Origin: a virus
IMG/VR virus record: IMGVR_UViG_2718218293_000003
Reading direction: 5' to 3' (one strand)
Length of the DNA: 64,000 nucleotides
This document shows positions 8,666 to 18,833 of this stretch, in pieces; position 1 is the stretch's first letter; every line of letters starts with the position of its first letter. The position numbers and the translations under genes are program-made. The notes below the pieces were generated by a model that was not told where the DNA came from, did not search any database, and saw only the letters and a program-made list of their open reading frames with translations.

Positions 8666-8951
8666 GGTTGTTTGCCTTGTCGGTAAGCTGGTCGAGCGTA
8701 CGTTCGAGATTGCGCGCATCGCCCCGTGAGCCGATGGCGATCAGCGACAGCAACCGCGCGTCACGCGCAGCGTCGGCGCGGACGGCGGCGTCCAAGAAGC
8801 CGCGCACCTGGGTCAGGGTGTAGCCGAGAATGTCGGGCAACCGGTGGCCGTGGTCGATCAAGCGCTGGATGGCGTCGAACCAGACGCCGCCGCCCGCGTC
8901 ACCCGTGCGAACAGGCCGTCGAGCCTCGGCAGCACCGTCCGGGTAAAAAAA
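8640..8951 (-). CDS. Tail assembly chaperone, T-frame (gpGT-like, reached by -1 frameshift)
   Basis: The -1 frame is open from the T-TTT-TTT heptamer (8945-8951) through WFDAIQRLIDHGHRLPDILGYTLTQV to the stop at 8640. Confidence 0.6.
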   Translation of the reverse strand, partial: FFYPDGAAEARRPVRTGDAGGGVWFDAIQRLIDHGHRLPDILGYTLTQVRGFLDAAVRADAARDARLLSLIAIGSRGDARNLERTLDQLTDKANNHAHFRSNR

Positions 8952-9247
8952 TCCGCGTTCACCTCGACCACCTTGGCCGCCAGCAGAATCGCCTCGTCAG
9001 CCGCGAGTGCGTCGACCCACACGCGTGGCTTGTCCACCGCGATGGCGACGGCCTGCAGCAGATCGTCGCCGTGCTCGATGAAGAGCCCGAGCCAGTCGAT
9101 CTGCGTCGCATTGAGCTGCTGCAGCGTCGGCGAGATTGCGCGCAGGAAGGCCGGCAGCCGGCCCACCTTCAGCGGCTCGATGGCGAGCGCCTCCCCGCCC
9201 ACGACGAGTTCGGCCGGCTGCGGGATCAGCTTGTCCAGATCGTCCAT
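8858..9247 (-). CDS. Tail assembly chaperone (gpG-like)
   Basis: MDDLDKLIPQP...EVNADFFTR; immediately follows the major tail gene. Confidence 0.7.
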   Translation of the reverse strand: MDDLDKLIPQPAELVVGGEALAIEPLKVGRLPAFLRAISPTLQQLNATQIDWLGLFIEHGDDLLQAVAIAVDKPRVWVDALAADEAILLAAKVVEVNADFFTRTVLPRLDGLFARVTRAAASGSTPSSA

Positions 9248-9255
9248 GGCCGCCC

Positions 9256-10029
9256 TCACAGTTGCACGATCCTGCCAAATTGGCCAAGGACCGCGTCGAA
9301 CGGCTTGGTCGGATCCGCCAGCAGCGAGCCCTCCATCTCGAACTTGTTGTACTCGTCCGAGATGAGCGACAGTTCCTTGAGCGGATCGAATGCCACCCGG
9401 TACAGCTCCACCAGCACCTTGGCGTTGCCCTGGGCGGTGTTCAGACCCTCCAGGCGCAGGTACCGCTCGGGCAGCGGCTGGGTAAAGATGCCGATCTCGG
9501 TGGCGACGCCATAGGCGTAGCTCGCCTTGAACGGCTTCACGTAGGGCACCGGCGGCGAGCCGCCATCATCCAGGCGCAGGAACTGGATCGAACCGAAGTC
9601 CAGGTCGCCGGTGTAGTCGACACCGATCGCCAGCGTCGCCGGCTTGGCTGCACTGTCCTTGATCACCAGCTTCGACACCTTGGGGTGGGCCAGGAAATAG
9701 CGGTCGCCCACCAGCGGCTCCGCCCCGCCGACTGGCTCGTCGTTGACCGCGCCAGCGTCGCCGGTGACGTGGTTGCCGTACAGGGCCAGCGCGAGGTTGT
9801 CCTTGGTGAACTCCTCGATGGTCAGGTTCAGGGTGGCCGACTTCTGCTTGACCATCCGGTGGTCCAACGTACGCTGGCCGGACTGGCTCTCGTAGTGCTC
9901 CAGCACGTCGGTCTTGAGGGACAGCTTCAGCTCGGCCACGTTGCCGGGCGAGCGCACCTCGTAGGGCACGCCCGCGGCATCGCGCTTGCCGAGGTAGACG
10001 CGCCCCTGGAAGGAGGCGTAGGTACTCAT
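9256..10029 (-). CDS. Major tail (tube) protein
   Basis: MSTYASFQGRVYLGKRD...LISDEYNKFEMEGSLLAD; position and size between the completion gene and the chaperone. Confidence 0.75.
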   Translation of the reverse strand: MSTYASFQGRVYLGKRDAAGVPYEVRSPGNVAELKLSLKTDVLEHYESQSGQRTLDHRMVKQKSATLNLTIEEFTKDNLALALYGNHVTGDAGAVNDEPVGGAEPLVGDRYFLAHPKVSKLVIKDSAAKPATLAIGVDYTGDLDFGSIQFLRLDDGGSPPVPYVKPFKASYAYGVATEIGIFTQPLPERYLRLEGLNTAQGNAKVLVELYRVAFDPLKELSLISDEYNKFEMEGSLLADPTKPFDAVLGQFGRIVQL

Positions 10030-10129
10030 GGTTGGGGGAATTTCCTTGCGTGACGCAGAAATGGGTACGGGGGTGAGAGCGGCCCGGACGGGGCTCTCGA
10101 AGTGCGGGTTGCCGCCTGGATCAGCGGCT

Positions 10130-10576
10130 TCAGGCAGGCGTCGCCAGATCGGCGGCCAGGGTCCGGTAGGTGATGCGGTAGCGCGCCGGAATGGCCGCCG
10201 CCACGGCGTCGGCGTCCTCGACGTCCCACTCGCAATCGAGTTCATGGATGCCGAGCGCCAGGCCACCTAAATTCACGTCGGCCATCAGTGCCGCGTGCGC
10301 GGCCGTCAGCAGGTGGTCGGCCGCCGTCTCCGGCGCGGCGGGCGGCACCGCGCGGGCCAGCGCCGTCACCCGCACGGTCAGCTCGCGCGTGACCCGGTCG
10401 TTGGCCCGGCTGGCGATGGCATCGCTCTCCGGATACACCACCAGCGCCGGACACTGCTCCCGCGCGATGGCGACGGCGGGCGACCGATGCAGCGTGGCGC
10501 CCGCCGCCTGGACCGGCGCACGGACGGCCGCCATCACCGTGAGCAGGATCCGCTCACGGACGGAGTTGACTGCCAT
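10130..10576 (-). CDS. Tail completion/terminator-like protein
   Basis: MAVNSVRERILLTVMAAV...LGGLA...YRT; synteny with the lambda U position. Confidence 0.6.
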   Translation of the reverse strand: MAVNSVRERILLTVMAAVRAPVQAAGATLHRSPAVAIAREQCPALVVYPESDAIASRANDRVTRELTVRVTALARAVPPAAPETAADHLLTAAHAALMADVNLGGLALGIHELDCEWDVEDADAVAAAIPARYRITYRTLAADLATPA

Positions 10577-10581
10577 GGGGG

Positions 10582-10884
10582 TTACAGGCGGGTGAGCTTG
10601 GCGCGGATCTCGGAGCCGTCGCCGACCGCGCGCAGATCGCGCACATGGAAGACCGCACCGGCGATCTCGACCGTCTCGCGGGGACCCAGCCCCGCAAAGA
10701 TGCTGGCGGGATAGGACATCACGTACTCGGTGCTGACTGTCAGGCCATCGAGCAGTGTCTCGTCGGGGGCCGCGAAGCCGACCATGTTGGTGCGCGGCGG
10801 GCTGCCATCGGACGGCCGCCAAACGCACTCCTTCAGGAGACCCGCATTGGCGGCGGCTTCGTAGAGGGTTGCCACGATATCCAT
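10582..10884 (-). CDS. Head-tail joining protein (FII-like)
   Basis: 100 aa, MDIVATLYEAA...GDGSEIRAKLTRL, directly after the capsid gene. Confidence 0.65.
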   Translation of the reverse strand: MDIVATLYEAAANAGLLKECVWRPSDGSPPRTNMVGFAAPDETLLDGLTVSTEYVMSYPASIFAGLGPRETVEIAGAVFHVRDLRAVGDGSEIRAKLTRL

Positions 10885-10886
10885 GG

Positions 10887-11891
10887 TCACCCCATCGCCA
10901 GCTTGACCAGCACGCCCGGACGCAGACACATCGGCAGCGGGTTGGACTGGGTGTGCACGTCGGTGCCCCGGCCGAACTGGCGCGGCTCCTGCTTGGCGTA
11001 CAGCGGCTGGCCCAGCGTGTTGACCGTCTCGTTGAAGTCGGCCGGCGCGAAGTACGTGCTGAAGGTGTCGATGGTGCCCACCGGGAAGACGTGCGCCTCG
11101 CCTGGTTCGATGAAGCTGCGCACCTTGCCGGCCGCGTCGGACGCCTTGCCCCGGTACTCCTCGAAGGTGATGCCGCCGAACTCGAAGCCGCTTCGCATGT
11201 CGTTGATCAGCATGATCCCTTCGCGCCAGCGCGAATAGGCCTCCTTGACGCTCTTGTGGCTGACCAGCGCCTTGAAGAAATCGGTCGAGCACAGGCAGTG
11301 CGCGCCGGTCATGACTTCGCCGAGCAGGGAATCCTCGATCATGCCGAGCACATCCGTGCATTTGTTCCGGACCTCGGTCTTGTCGACGCCCAACTCGAAG
11401 TTCAGCACCTTCTGCTGGATGCGGAACTCCTCGAACAGGTTGTAGAGGGTCGAGCCATCGGCGTCGAGGATCTCGCCCTTGAGCGCGCCCATCCTCAAGT
11501 GTTCCAGCGTGATGGCGTGCTTGTTGCGCATCGTCTCCAGACGCTCGGCCATCACGTTCGACACGGATTCCAATTCGGTCTCCGAGCCGAAGCCGCGCAG
11601 GCCCTGGACCGCTTCGGGCAGCACCACGTCGTCGTGCGGGATGTGGGGGATGACGAAGGAGCGCAGGTTGCGCCGGCCGCGCGTGCCGACCGTGCCAGGG
11701 GAGCCGGGCGGCAACGTCGGCAGCAGCGTCAGCACGCCCTCGCGCTGCTCCACGATGATCTGGCGCGTGCGCACGGGCTTGGGCGCAAACAAATTCATCT
11801 GCTCCAGCTTGCCGTACCGGTTCGGGATCAGGTTGATGGCCGCCGTCATCGAGGCCATCTCGAAGGCAGGATTGGTGAATGGATTCTGCAT
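10887..11891 (-). CDS. Major capsid protein (lambda gpE family)
   Basis: 334 aa; SMTAAIN..., QSNPLPMCLRP C-terminus; follows the decoration protein. Confidence 0.85.
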   Translation of the reverse strand: MQNPFTNPAFEMASMTAAINLIPNRYGKLEQMNLFAPKPVRTRQIIVEQREGVLTLLPTLPPGSPGTVGTRGRRNLRSFVIPHIPHDDVVLPEAVQGLRGFGSETELESVSNVMAERLETMRNKHAITLEHLRMGALKGEILDADGSTLYNLFEEFRIQQKVLNFELGVDKTEVRNKCTDVLGMIEDSLLGEVMTGAHCLCSTDFFKALVSHKSVKEAYSRWREGIMLINDMRSGFEFGGITFEEYRGKASDAAGKVRSFIEPGEAHVFPVGTIDTFSTYFAPADFNETVNTLGQPLYAKQEPRQFGRGTDVHTQSNPLPMCLRPGVLVKLAMG

Positions 11892-11897
11892 GGTCGA

Positions 11898-12275
11898 TCA
11901 GGCTCCGACGCGCACCAGGACGCCCAGTGCCTTGAGTTGAGAGATCGCGGCGTGCTGCTCGACGGCGGCGATGCCGGCGGGCCACTGCAGCGCGTGGCTG
12001 GCGACGATGGCGTGGCGCGCGATCAGGAGGCCGTCGTCACGGTCGGCCAGGTGAGCGTCGCACGCCTGCATCAGCACACCGGCGGCGTACTGGCTGCCAT
12101 CGGTGGCGGACGGGTCAAGCTGCTTGACCTTGCCCGTGGCGGTCACCATGCCGACCACGGTGCCCAGGGACAGGGTCTGGCCGGCGGCCACGGTGATGCG
12201 CTCGCGCGAGTACAGGTTGGGCGCCTCGTATTTGAGGAGGTCGCCCAGGTTCAGTGGTTCTTGAAGGACAGGCAT
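11898..12275 (-). CDS. Head decoration protein (gpD-like)
   Basis: 125 aa, LGDLLKYEAPNLYSRE, between the peptidase and the capsid gene. Confidence 0.8.
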   Translation of the reverse strand: MPVLQEPLNLGDLLKYEAPNLYSRERITVAAGQTLSLGTVVGMVTATGKVKQLDPSATDGSQYAAGVLMQACDAHLADRDDGLLIARHAIVASHALQWPAGIAAVEQHAAISQLKALGVLVRVGA

Positions 12276-12284
12276 GGGTCGTGA

Positions 12285-13526
12285 TTACTGAATGCCCAGG
12301 CGCTTCTTGACGGCCTGGAGCAGCGGATTGCGGGGGGATGCGGGATGGCCGGCGTCGGCCGAGACGACGGGCGCCTGCGGATCGATGCGACTCGCGATCT
12401 CGGGCGACGCCTCGGCCCGCGCGGCGAGCAGGTGGCTGCGCACGCGCTCGGGCGTGGCGCGCGTTTCGAGGAAACCGGCGATCAGGTCGGTGCGACCGGC
12501 CAGCGCGCACAGCTGGGCGATCTCCACGGCATCGGTGTGGCTGGCGACGGGGGCTGCTGCGACCGCTGCAGGTTGGGCAATGGAGCCGGCAGCGTCCGCA
12601 GTGGGTGCATCGACTGCGGCGAGATCTGGTTGAGTAGTCATGGAACAGTCCATCTGGGAGGTGAGAGAAACGCCGCGCGCCGTCATGACCGGCGCGGCGG
12701 AAGAAAGGGAAGCGGTGAGCTGAGCGAGCGCGTCCTCGAACGTGCCGACGGCGTCGGCCAGGCCGGCGGCAACGGCGTCCTGCCCGAAGAACAGCCCCGC
12801 TTCGGTGGCCGTCACCGCCTCGGCCGACAGCCCGCGATAGCCGGCCACGGTCGCGACGAACAGCCCGTAGATGCGGCTCACCTCGGCCTGCAGTTGCGCC
12901 TGCGCTTCGTCGGTGATCGGCGCGTGCGGGTTGAGATCGTTCTTGCGGGCACCGGCGAACACCGCCGTGTAGCGGATGCCGTCCTTGGCGTCCTTGATGG
13001 ACTGGTCGACATGCATGGCGATCACGCCGATCGAGCCGACCCCACCCGTGCGCGAGACGAAGACCCGCGACGCGGCGCTGGCGAGCGCATAGGCCGCCGA
13101 GAACGCCATATCGTTGGCCACCGCCCAGATGGGCTTCATCGCAGCAGCGGCGCGGATGCGGTCGGCGAGATCGAAGACGCCGCCCGACTCGCCGCCGGGG
13201 CTGTCGACATCGAGCAGGATGGCGGCCACACCGGGGTCGGCCAGGGCCGCGTCCAGCTGGTCGCCGATGGCGGTGTAGCTGGCCAGCCCCGACTCGGCCT
13301 CCAGGCCCACAGTGCGCCGCACCAGCGTGCCGTGGATTGGGATCACGGCGATCTGGGCATTGCCACGGACCGAAGTCCGTTCGGGCGTGATGTAGTCGCC
13401 CGGCGGCGCCAGGCCGGCCAGGCCCACGCGTGGGCCGAGCACCGACAGGATCACGTCGAGTTTCGGGCGATCAATCGCCAGCGGCACACCAAAGAGGCGT
13501 GTCGCCAGATGAGGCAACAGGGTCAT
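12285..13526 (-). CDS. S49-family prohead protease/scaffold (gpC-like)
   Basis: LDVDSPGGE, MAFSAAYALAS, GVGSIGV motifs. Start ATG at 13526. Confidence 0.88.
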   Translation of the reverse strand: MTLLPHLATRLFGVPLAIDRPKLDVILSVLGPRVGLAGLAPPGDYITPERTSVRGNAQIAVIPIHGTLVRRTVGLEAESGLASYTAIGDQLDAALADPGVAAILLDVDSPGGESGGVFDLADRIRAAAAMKPIWAVANDMAFSAAYALASAASRVFVSRTGGVGSIGVIAMHVDQSIKDAKDGIRYTAVFAGARKNDLNPHAPITDEAQAQLQAEVSRIYGLFVATVAGYRGLSAEAVTATEAGLFFGQDAVAAGLADAVGTFEDALAQLTASLSSAAPVMTARGVSLTSQMDCSMTTQPDLAAVDAPTADAAGSIAQPAAVAAAPVASHTDAVEIAQLCALAGRTDLIAGFLETRATPERVRSHLLAARAEASPEIASRIDPQAPVVSADAGHPASPRNPLLQAVKKRLGIQ

Positions 13527-13537
13527 AGGAAAAAACG

Positions 13538-15106
13538 TCAGGCTGTAGCGACGGACTCGCCAGCGTTCGCGTTCGAGTCGGTGCGGGGTGTTGCGGCGGC
13601 GCCATCCTTGGCTGTGTGGCGTGGGTCGGAATCGAAGACGAGCCCGAGCGCATCGGCGCGGGCGTTGTCGGCGGCGATCTCGCGGTCGATGTCCTCGGCG
13701 TCGTAGCCGAAGGTCGAGATGGCTTCCGAGCGGCTCATCAGGCCCGCACGGATCGCCAGCAGCATCGCCTTGAACTCCTTCTCGGGGTCCACCCACTGCC
13801 AGCCCTGCGGGATCCACTTGACCTGCAGGTATTGGCGACGCCGGGCCGCGCCACCGCGCGCAAAGCCAGGAGCTGTGAGCGCACCGGACAGCACCGCCTG
13901 CTTCATCCAGGCAGCCCACACCGGGCGGCACATCTGGTGCACCAGCACGCTGTGCTGCACCATCTCGCAGCGGCGGCGGAACTCCAGCAGCCCCGCGCGG
14001 ATGGACGAGTAGTTCACGCCGGTCAGGTCCCCGGTCAGCTGCTCGTAGGTGATGCCAAGTGCCGCGGCTACCGCGCGGAACTGCGTGCGCAGGAACTCGC
14101 CATAGGAGCCGCCCACATCGGCCGGATCGGAGAACTTGATGTCTTCGCCCGGCTCCAGAATCTGCAGCGTCCCCGGCTCCAGCCCCACCAGCGAGATCCC
14201 GGCCTCGTCCGGCAAACCCTCGCCCATCAGGTTGTCCTCGGGGCTCTGGCGCGTGACGAAGCCGGCGAACATGGCGGCGGTCTTCTTCCGCACGAGCTCG
14301 GCGTCGTCGTACTGATCGAGCTCGTTCAACTTGACCAGCGCACGCGACAGCCACGGCTCGCCCCGGATCTGGCCGGGCCGCAGCACGCGGTACAGGTGGA
14401 TGATCTCGCTCGCGTCGACCCGCACGGTATCGAGCCCGCCCTGCCCCGACATCGGCGACAGCCGACCATCGTCCGGATGCGAGCGGTACAGGTGGTAAGC
14501 GACGCGCCGACCCAGCCCGTCGAACTCGATGCCCGAGCGCACCACGTTGCCCGGGCCGGAGGCCCCTGCGATTGGCGGCAGGTCGACGTTCAGGGTCATC
14601 GGCAGATGCTCGGCCTCCAGCAGTTGCAGTTGCAGCGGCACGGTCAGGCCATCCTCGGGACGGCGCGGGCGCAGCCGGATCAGGCACTCGCCGCCTTCGA
14701 GCATGGCGCGGCAGGCCAGCGCCTGCAGGCCGTAGAAGTCGGTCTGACCGGCGGCGTCGGCTTCTGCCGTCCAGTCCCGCCACAGCGCCTGCACGTCGGC
14801 CTTGAAGGCATCATCGGTGGAGAGGCTCTGTGGCTTGATGCCAGTGCCGACCGCGTTGGCGACGAACGCCTCGATGCCAGCCTGCGCCCAGGCGTTGCGC
14901 CGGACCAGATCCCGGCTCTTGATGCGCAGGTCCTCGCCACTGGCGAGCAGCGCCGCCACGGCGCCCGGATTGCCGGGCCTCCAGGCGAGCGACCGCCTAC
15001 CCCGGCCGGCGGCCTCGTGTACCGGCGCCTGAGCGAACAGGCTGCGGATCCGGCCGAACCAGCCGCCAGATGCTTGGCCAGAGGGTCGAGATACAGCTCG
15101 GGCCAT
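13538..15106 (-). CDS. Portal protein (lambda gpB family)
   Basis: SRDLVRRNAW, RPGQIRGEP, VNYSSIRAGLLEFRR, WVDPEKE motifs. Confidence 0.9.
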   Translation of the reverse strand: MARAVSRPSGQASGGWFGRIRSLFAQAPVHEAAGRGRRSLAWRPGNPGAVAALLASGEDLRIKSRDLVRRNAWAQAGIEAFVANAVGTGIKPQSLSTDDAFKADVQALWRDWTAEADAAGQTDFYGLQALACRAMLEGGECLIRLRPRRPEDGLTVPLQLQLLEAEHLPMTLNVDLPPIAGASGPGNVVRSGIEFDGLGRRVAYHLYRSHPDDGRLSPMSGQGGLDTVRVDASEIIHLYRVLRPGQIRGEPWLSRALVKLNELDQYDDAELVRKKTAAMFAGFVTRQSPEDNLMGEGLPDEAGISLVGLEPGTLQILEPGEDIKFSDPADVGGSYGEFLRTQFRAVAAALGITYEQLTGDLTGVNYSSIRAGLLEFRRRCEMVQHSVLVHQMCRPVWAAWMKQAVLSGALTAPGFARGGAARRRQYLQVKWIPQGWQWVDPEKEFKAMLLAIRAGLMSRSEAISTFGYDAEDIDREIAADNARADALGLVFDSDPRHTAKDGAAATPRTDSNANAGESVATA

Positions 15107-15327
15107 CAGAACCCTTTGCCGGTCGTGACGCGGATCTGGCGCGGAGCGCCCGGCCACAGGCCGGTTTCGGCGGCCTGCTCGAACAGGCCGCGCCTGACCT
15201 CGCGGATCGCGAGCCTGAGCTCATCGACCGTGCGGTACTCGACCGTCTTGTCTTGGAAGGTGACGCGACGCTCACCCTTGGCGAGCGCGGCCTCCAGCAC
15301 TAGGAGTTGCGCTTCGGTGTATGCCAT
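15106..15327 (-). CDS. gpW-like head-tail joining protein
   Basis: 73 aa, LAKGERRVTFQDKTVEYR, overlapping the portal start. Confidence 0.8.
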   Translation of the reverse strand: MAYTEAQLLVLEAALAKGERRVTFQDKTVEYRTVDELRLAIREVRRGLFEQAAETGLWPGAPRQIRVTTGKGF

Positions 15328-15720
15328 TCAGCGGTAAACCATCAGGTTGAATTCAGACGAGTCCGATAGCGTTCCGGCGGCGGTCGTGCAGATGACCTCC
15401 ACAAACGCCTCGGCCTTGGCCTCGGCGCGCACGCGGGCGGCGGCGGCCTTCATGGACGACTGGCGACCCGCGTTGCGGGCGAAGGCCAGCCAGCAGTAGC
15501 CTTCGTCCGGCATCGGCTCGGCGAAGACCACGCGGTACCTGCCGGTAGCGAGGCGCACGACGCTCTGGACGTTGAATGCCGACCGGATCACCGCCTGGTT
15601 GCCTTCCGTGCCAAAGCACACCCAGGCGCGGGCCAGGCCCGGATGATCCGCGGTGATACGGGCGCGGACCTCCTGGGCAATCGCGGCGGCGAGCTCGGCG
15701 ATGTTCCCGGTCAGCGACAT
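15328..15720 (-). CDS. Prophage hypothetical protein
   Basis: 130 aa in operon; FNVQSVVRLATGRYRVVFA resembles beta-rich virion fibre segments. Confidence 0.55.
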   Translation of the reverse strand: MSLTGNIAELAAAIAQEVRARITADHPGLARAWVCFGTEGNQAVIRSAFNVQSVVRLATGRYRVVFAEPMPDEGYCWLAFARNAGRQSSMKAAAARVRAEAKAEAFVEVICTTAAGTLSDSSEFNLMVYR

Positions 15721-15730
15721 GGCCGCCGGA

Positions 15731-16240
15731 TCAGGCGCCGGTCAGGGCCGCCTCGAAGACCGGCACGAAGTCCGTCTCGGGGTCGCCGATGGCGGCGGCC
15801 GCTACCGCGCCGATGTTCTGGCGGACCTGGGCCTGCTCGTCGGCGGTCAGCGCCTGCGCGGCGTCGAAGCGCACGCGGCGGTCCACGGCGGCCAGCAGCG
15901 CGGCGATGCCGCTCTGGTCCTTGAGGATCGCCTCCTGCAGCTCCTTGAGGGTGTCGAAGGCCGCGTCGGCGCCGCCCAGCAGGTCGGCCTTGAGCGCGTC
16001 GAGCAGGCCGGTGATCTTGGACGCCGAGAAGGTGGTCGTGGTGCCCGCCACGTTGGCGTCATCGATCAGCGCGGCGCTGGCGATCTTGTCGAACTGCGCA
16101 CGCAGCTCGTTGATCGCCGAGACCAGACTGGTCTTGTCGGTGGTCGACAGCCGGGCCAGCGTGCCGACCTGGTCGTGGATGGTCTTGAACTCCGACGCCA
16201 GACGCAGGACGAGGGATTCGATGCGAGTCTGCAAACTCAT
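15731..16240 (-). CDS. Prophage hypothetical protein (fibre-like repeats)
   Basis: 169 aa; LSTTDKTSLVSAINEL and AFDTLKEL motifs are typical of phage fibre proteins. Confidence 0.6.
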   Translation of the reverse strand: MSLQTRIESLVLRLASEFKTIHDQVGTLARLSTTDKTSLVSAINELRAQFDKIASAALIDDANVAGTTTTFSASKITGLLDALKADLLGGADAAFDTLKELQEAILKDQSGIAALLAAVDRRVRFDAAQALTADEQAQVRQNIGAVAAAAIGDPETDFVPVFEAALTGA

Positions 16241-16283
16241 GGGGGATGAACTCCGGGTATCAGGATGAGGAGCACCGGGGTGC

Positions 16284-18269
16284 TCAGGACGACAGCCAGC
16301 GGCTCTTGATCACGCGCCGGCCGGCTTGGCGGCCCCCAGGACGGGGCCCAGAAACGGCGATGCCACCGCGAGGGGTGGCATCTGTGGGAGAACTCAATTC
16401 GATTGGGGGCGGTGTGTCCGGCGGCGGCGCCAGCCCCAGTTGCCGCTCCAGCTCGCGCCAGTGACGCTCCTCGAAGCGGTCGAGCCCGGCGGCGCTCGCA
16501 GCCGCGCGCGCGTAGACGTAGCAGTCCAGTGCCTCATTGCGCTCGCGCATCTTCTGCCACTCGCGAATCGGGAAACCGCTCCGGTCACGGCGGGTGATCA
16601 GTTGCTCGGCGCACAGCTGCTGCAGGAACTCCGCATCGATCTTGGGCAGGTGCACAAACCCGGTCGGGAACGCGATGGTCGCGCCATCTTCTGCCACGTC
16701 GGCGGCTTTGCGCAGGTTGTTGTAGAACTCCAGCTTGGCGATGCCGACCACCACCGTGAACACCTTGATGCCGCGGCGCAACTTCTTGCCGTTGCGGGTG
16801 ACATCGACCGCCGTCGGCGTGCCGATCAGCGCGGCGCCACGTGCCGTGCCCTTGACGGCCATCACACGGGCATCGCCGCAGGCGCGTACAAAGGCATAGG
16901 CTTCCTGCGTGGCGAAGCCGGTGTCGAGCGCCAGGCGCGCGAGCGGCATCGTCGCGCCACTGGCGTGCGTCCACTGCGCTTCGACCAGTTCGGCGAGCCG
17001 CTTCCACACCGCGTCGCGGGCGGTATCGCCCATCAGCACGCGGTGCTCCACGAGCCACGCTTCCTTGCCGCGCCCGAAGGCCCAGATCGACACCTCGATG
17101 CGGTCCTTCTGTACGTCGGCGCCGGCCGACAGCAACAGGCCGCCTGCCGGCACGGTGCCAATGGGATAGTCCTCGCGGCGCTCCAGCAGCCGTTGCCAAT
17201 CGGGCGCCTCACCCTCTTCGACCCAGGTCTCGCCCAGTTCGGTGTTGCGGAAGGTCTTGATCGCCGCCGCCGAGCCGGATTCCTTGCTCACCGCGCTCTC
17301 CCAGGCTGCGGCGATCTCGCGCCAGCTGCGCCAGCCCACCGGGCTGTAGAGCGAGGACAGGTGGAAGCCCGCCGTGCGCCCGCTCGTTTCCGCCATCGCC
17401 CGCCATTCGCCCTGCGACAGCATCCACGCTTTGTGGTGCTCATGGATGGGCTCGTCGCAGGCTTCGCAGATGTACGCGGCCGTCTCAGGCTCCCCCTTGG
17501 TCCAGCGCAGCTGCTCGAAGCGCAGCCATTGGCGGTGATCGCAGTGCGGGCATGGCACGAAGTAGCGGCGCTGGTCGGAGGCGTCGTATTCGCGTTCGAT
17601 GGTGCTGGCACCGGCAATCGTCGGTGTCGACACGATGAAGATCTTGCGGCGCGCAAACGTCCGAGTCCGGGCTTCGGCGAGCGAGATCGCATCGCCTTCG
17701 CCCTCGACATCCAGCGGGTAGCCGTCGACCTCATCGAGAAACAGGTACCGCACCGGCATCGAGCGCAAACCCACGGCGCTGTTGGCGCCGGTCATGACCA
17801 GCACGCCGCCCCGGAATTCCTTGGCCAGGATGGTGTTGCCCGAGTCGCGCGAACGGGCTGGCGCGATGCGCTCGGCCAGCACCGCAGACTCCTCGATCAG
17901 CGGGTCGATCCGCTGCTTGGAGTTGCGCTTGGCCATCTCCACGGTCGGCCAGACGGCCATCATGGGGCCCGGCGCGTGGTGGATCACGTAGCCGATCCAG
18001 CAACTACCGCACTCGGTGCCGCCGACCTGTGCCCCCTTCATGAAGACCACCCTTTCAACGGGCGAGGTCGGCGACAGGCAGTCCATGATCGCGCGCAGGT
18101 ACGGTGTGCGGCTGGTGCGCCAGCGCCCGGGCTCCGCCGATGCCTTGCTCGACAGCATGCGGTGGCGATCCGACCATTCAGAGACGGTGAGCAGCGGATC
18201 GGGCGTCAGTCCTTCGCGCCAGGCCCGCTCGAGCTCGGCGGCGCCTTCGTAATCCGCGTCCAGCATCAA
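16284..18269 (-). CDS. Terminase large subunit (lambda gpA family)
   Basis: MKGAQVGGTE (Walker A variant), YLFLDEVD (Walker B), STPT, CPHC zinc motif. Confidence 0.93.
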   Translation of the reverse strand: MMLDADYEGAAELERAWREGLTPDPLLTVSEWSDRHRMLSSKASAEPGRWRTSRTPYLRAIMDCLSPTSPVERVVFMKGAQVGGTECGSCWIGYVIHHAPGPMMAVWPTVEMAKRNSKQRIDPLIEESAVLAERIAPARSRDSGNTILAKEFRGGVLVMTGANSAVGLRSMPVRYLFLDEVDGYPLDVEGEGDAISLAEARTRTFARRKIFIVSTPTIAGASTIEREYDASDQRRYFVPCPHCDHRQWLRFEQLRWTKGEPETAAYICEACDEPIHEHHKAWMLSQGEWRAMAETSGRTAGFHLSSLYSPVGWRSWREIAAAWESAVSKESGSAAAIKTFRNTELGETWVEEGEAPDWQRLLERREDYPIGTVPAGGLLLSAGADVQKDRIEVSIWAFGRGKEAWLVEHRVLMGDTARDAVWKRLAELVEAQWTHASGATMPLARLALDTGFATQEAYAFVRACGDARVMAVKGTARGAALIGTPTAVDVTRNGKKLRRGIKVFTVVVGIAKLEFYNNLRKAADVAEDGATIAFPTGFVHLPKIDAEFLQQLCAEQLITRRDRSGFPIREWQKMRERNEALDCYVYARAAASAAGLDRFEERHWRELERQLGLAPPPDTPPPIELSSPTDATPRGGIAVSGPRPGGRQAGRRVIKSRWLSS

Positions 18270-18802
18270 TCCACGCGCGGGCGCAGCTCGCCCAGTTCCT
18301 GCAAGTGCTCACGCACGGCCGCTTCCAGCGCAACGTGCATCGTGTGCGGATCGATGCCCAGGGTCGCGGCCATCTGCGCCGAGACACGCGCCGGCCAGTT
18401 CAGCCAAGCATCGCGCTCGGCACGCGCCAGTTTGAAGACGTGCGCGATGGCCTGCGAGCGGTCCACCAGCTCGCCCTTGAGGCGGGCTAGCCGCACCTTG
18501 TTGGTCTGCGCCTTGACCACCTCGTTGACGGTGCGGGCCTGCAGCAGCGACGTGCCGCCTGTGGGCGACGATGCCGGGCCGTCCGGGGTCTGACCGCCCT
18601 CCTGCGGCACGGCGGCCCTGACGGGCCTGGTGCGCGTGCCGGTGCGTGGCGCTTCGGTGTTGCGTGCCCATTCGGCGTCGGCGCGGTCCGTATCAATGGT
18701 GCCGTCTGCTTCCGGCGTGATGCGCCCTGCGGCGATTGCCTTGCGCACGGCGGCGTCCGACACGCCCCGATGCCGTGCGTAGGCGCGAATCGAAATTCCC
18801 AT
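18266..18802 (-). CDS. Terminase small subunit-like protein
   Basis: N-terminal HTH (SIRAYARHRGVSDAAVRKAI), overlapping the large subunit start. Confidence 0.75.
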   Translation of the reverse strand: MGISIRAYARHRGVSDAAVRKAIAAGRITPEADGTIDTDRADAEWARNTEAPRTGTRTRPVRAAVPQEGGQTPDGPASSPTGGTSLLQARTVNEVVKAQTNKVRLARLKGELVDRSQAIAHVFKLARAERDAWLNWPARVSAQMAATLGIDPHTMHVALEAAVREHLQELGELRPRVD

Positions 18803-18833
18803 CTGAATCTTGCTGGTTCTTTTGCAGATAGCG

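Noticed and set aside
12285..14783. 832-aa ORF as a single protein
   Set aside because: The N-terminal half is an off-frame overlap with the portal gene; the S49 protein starts at 13526.
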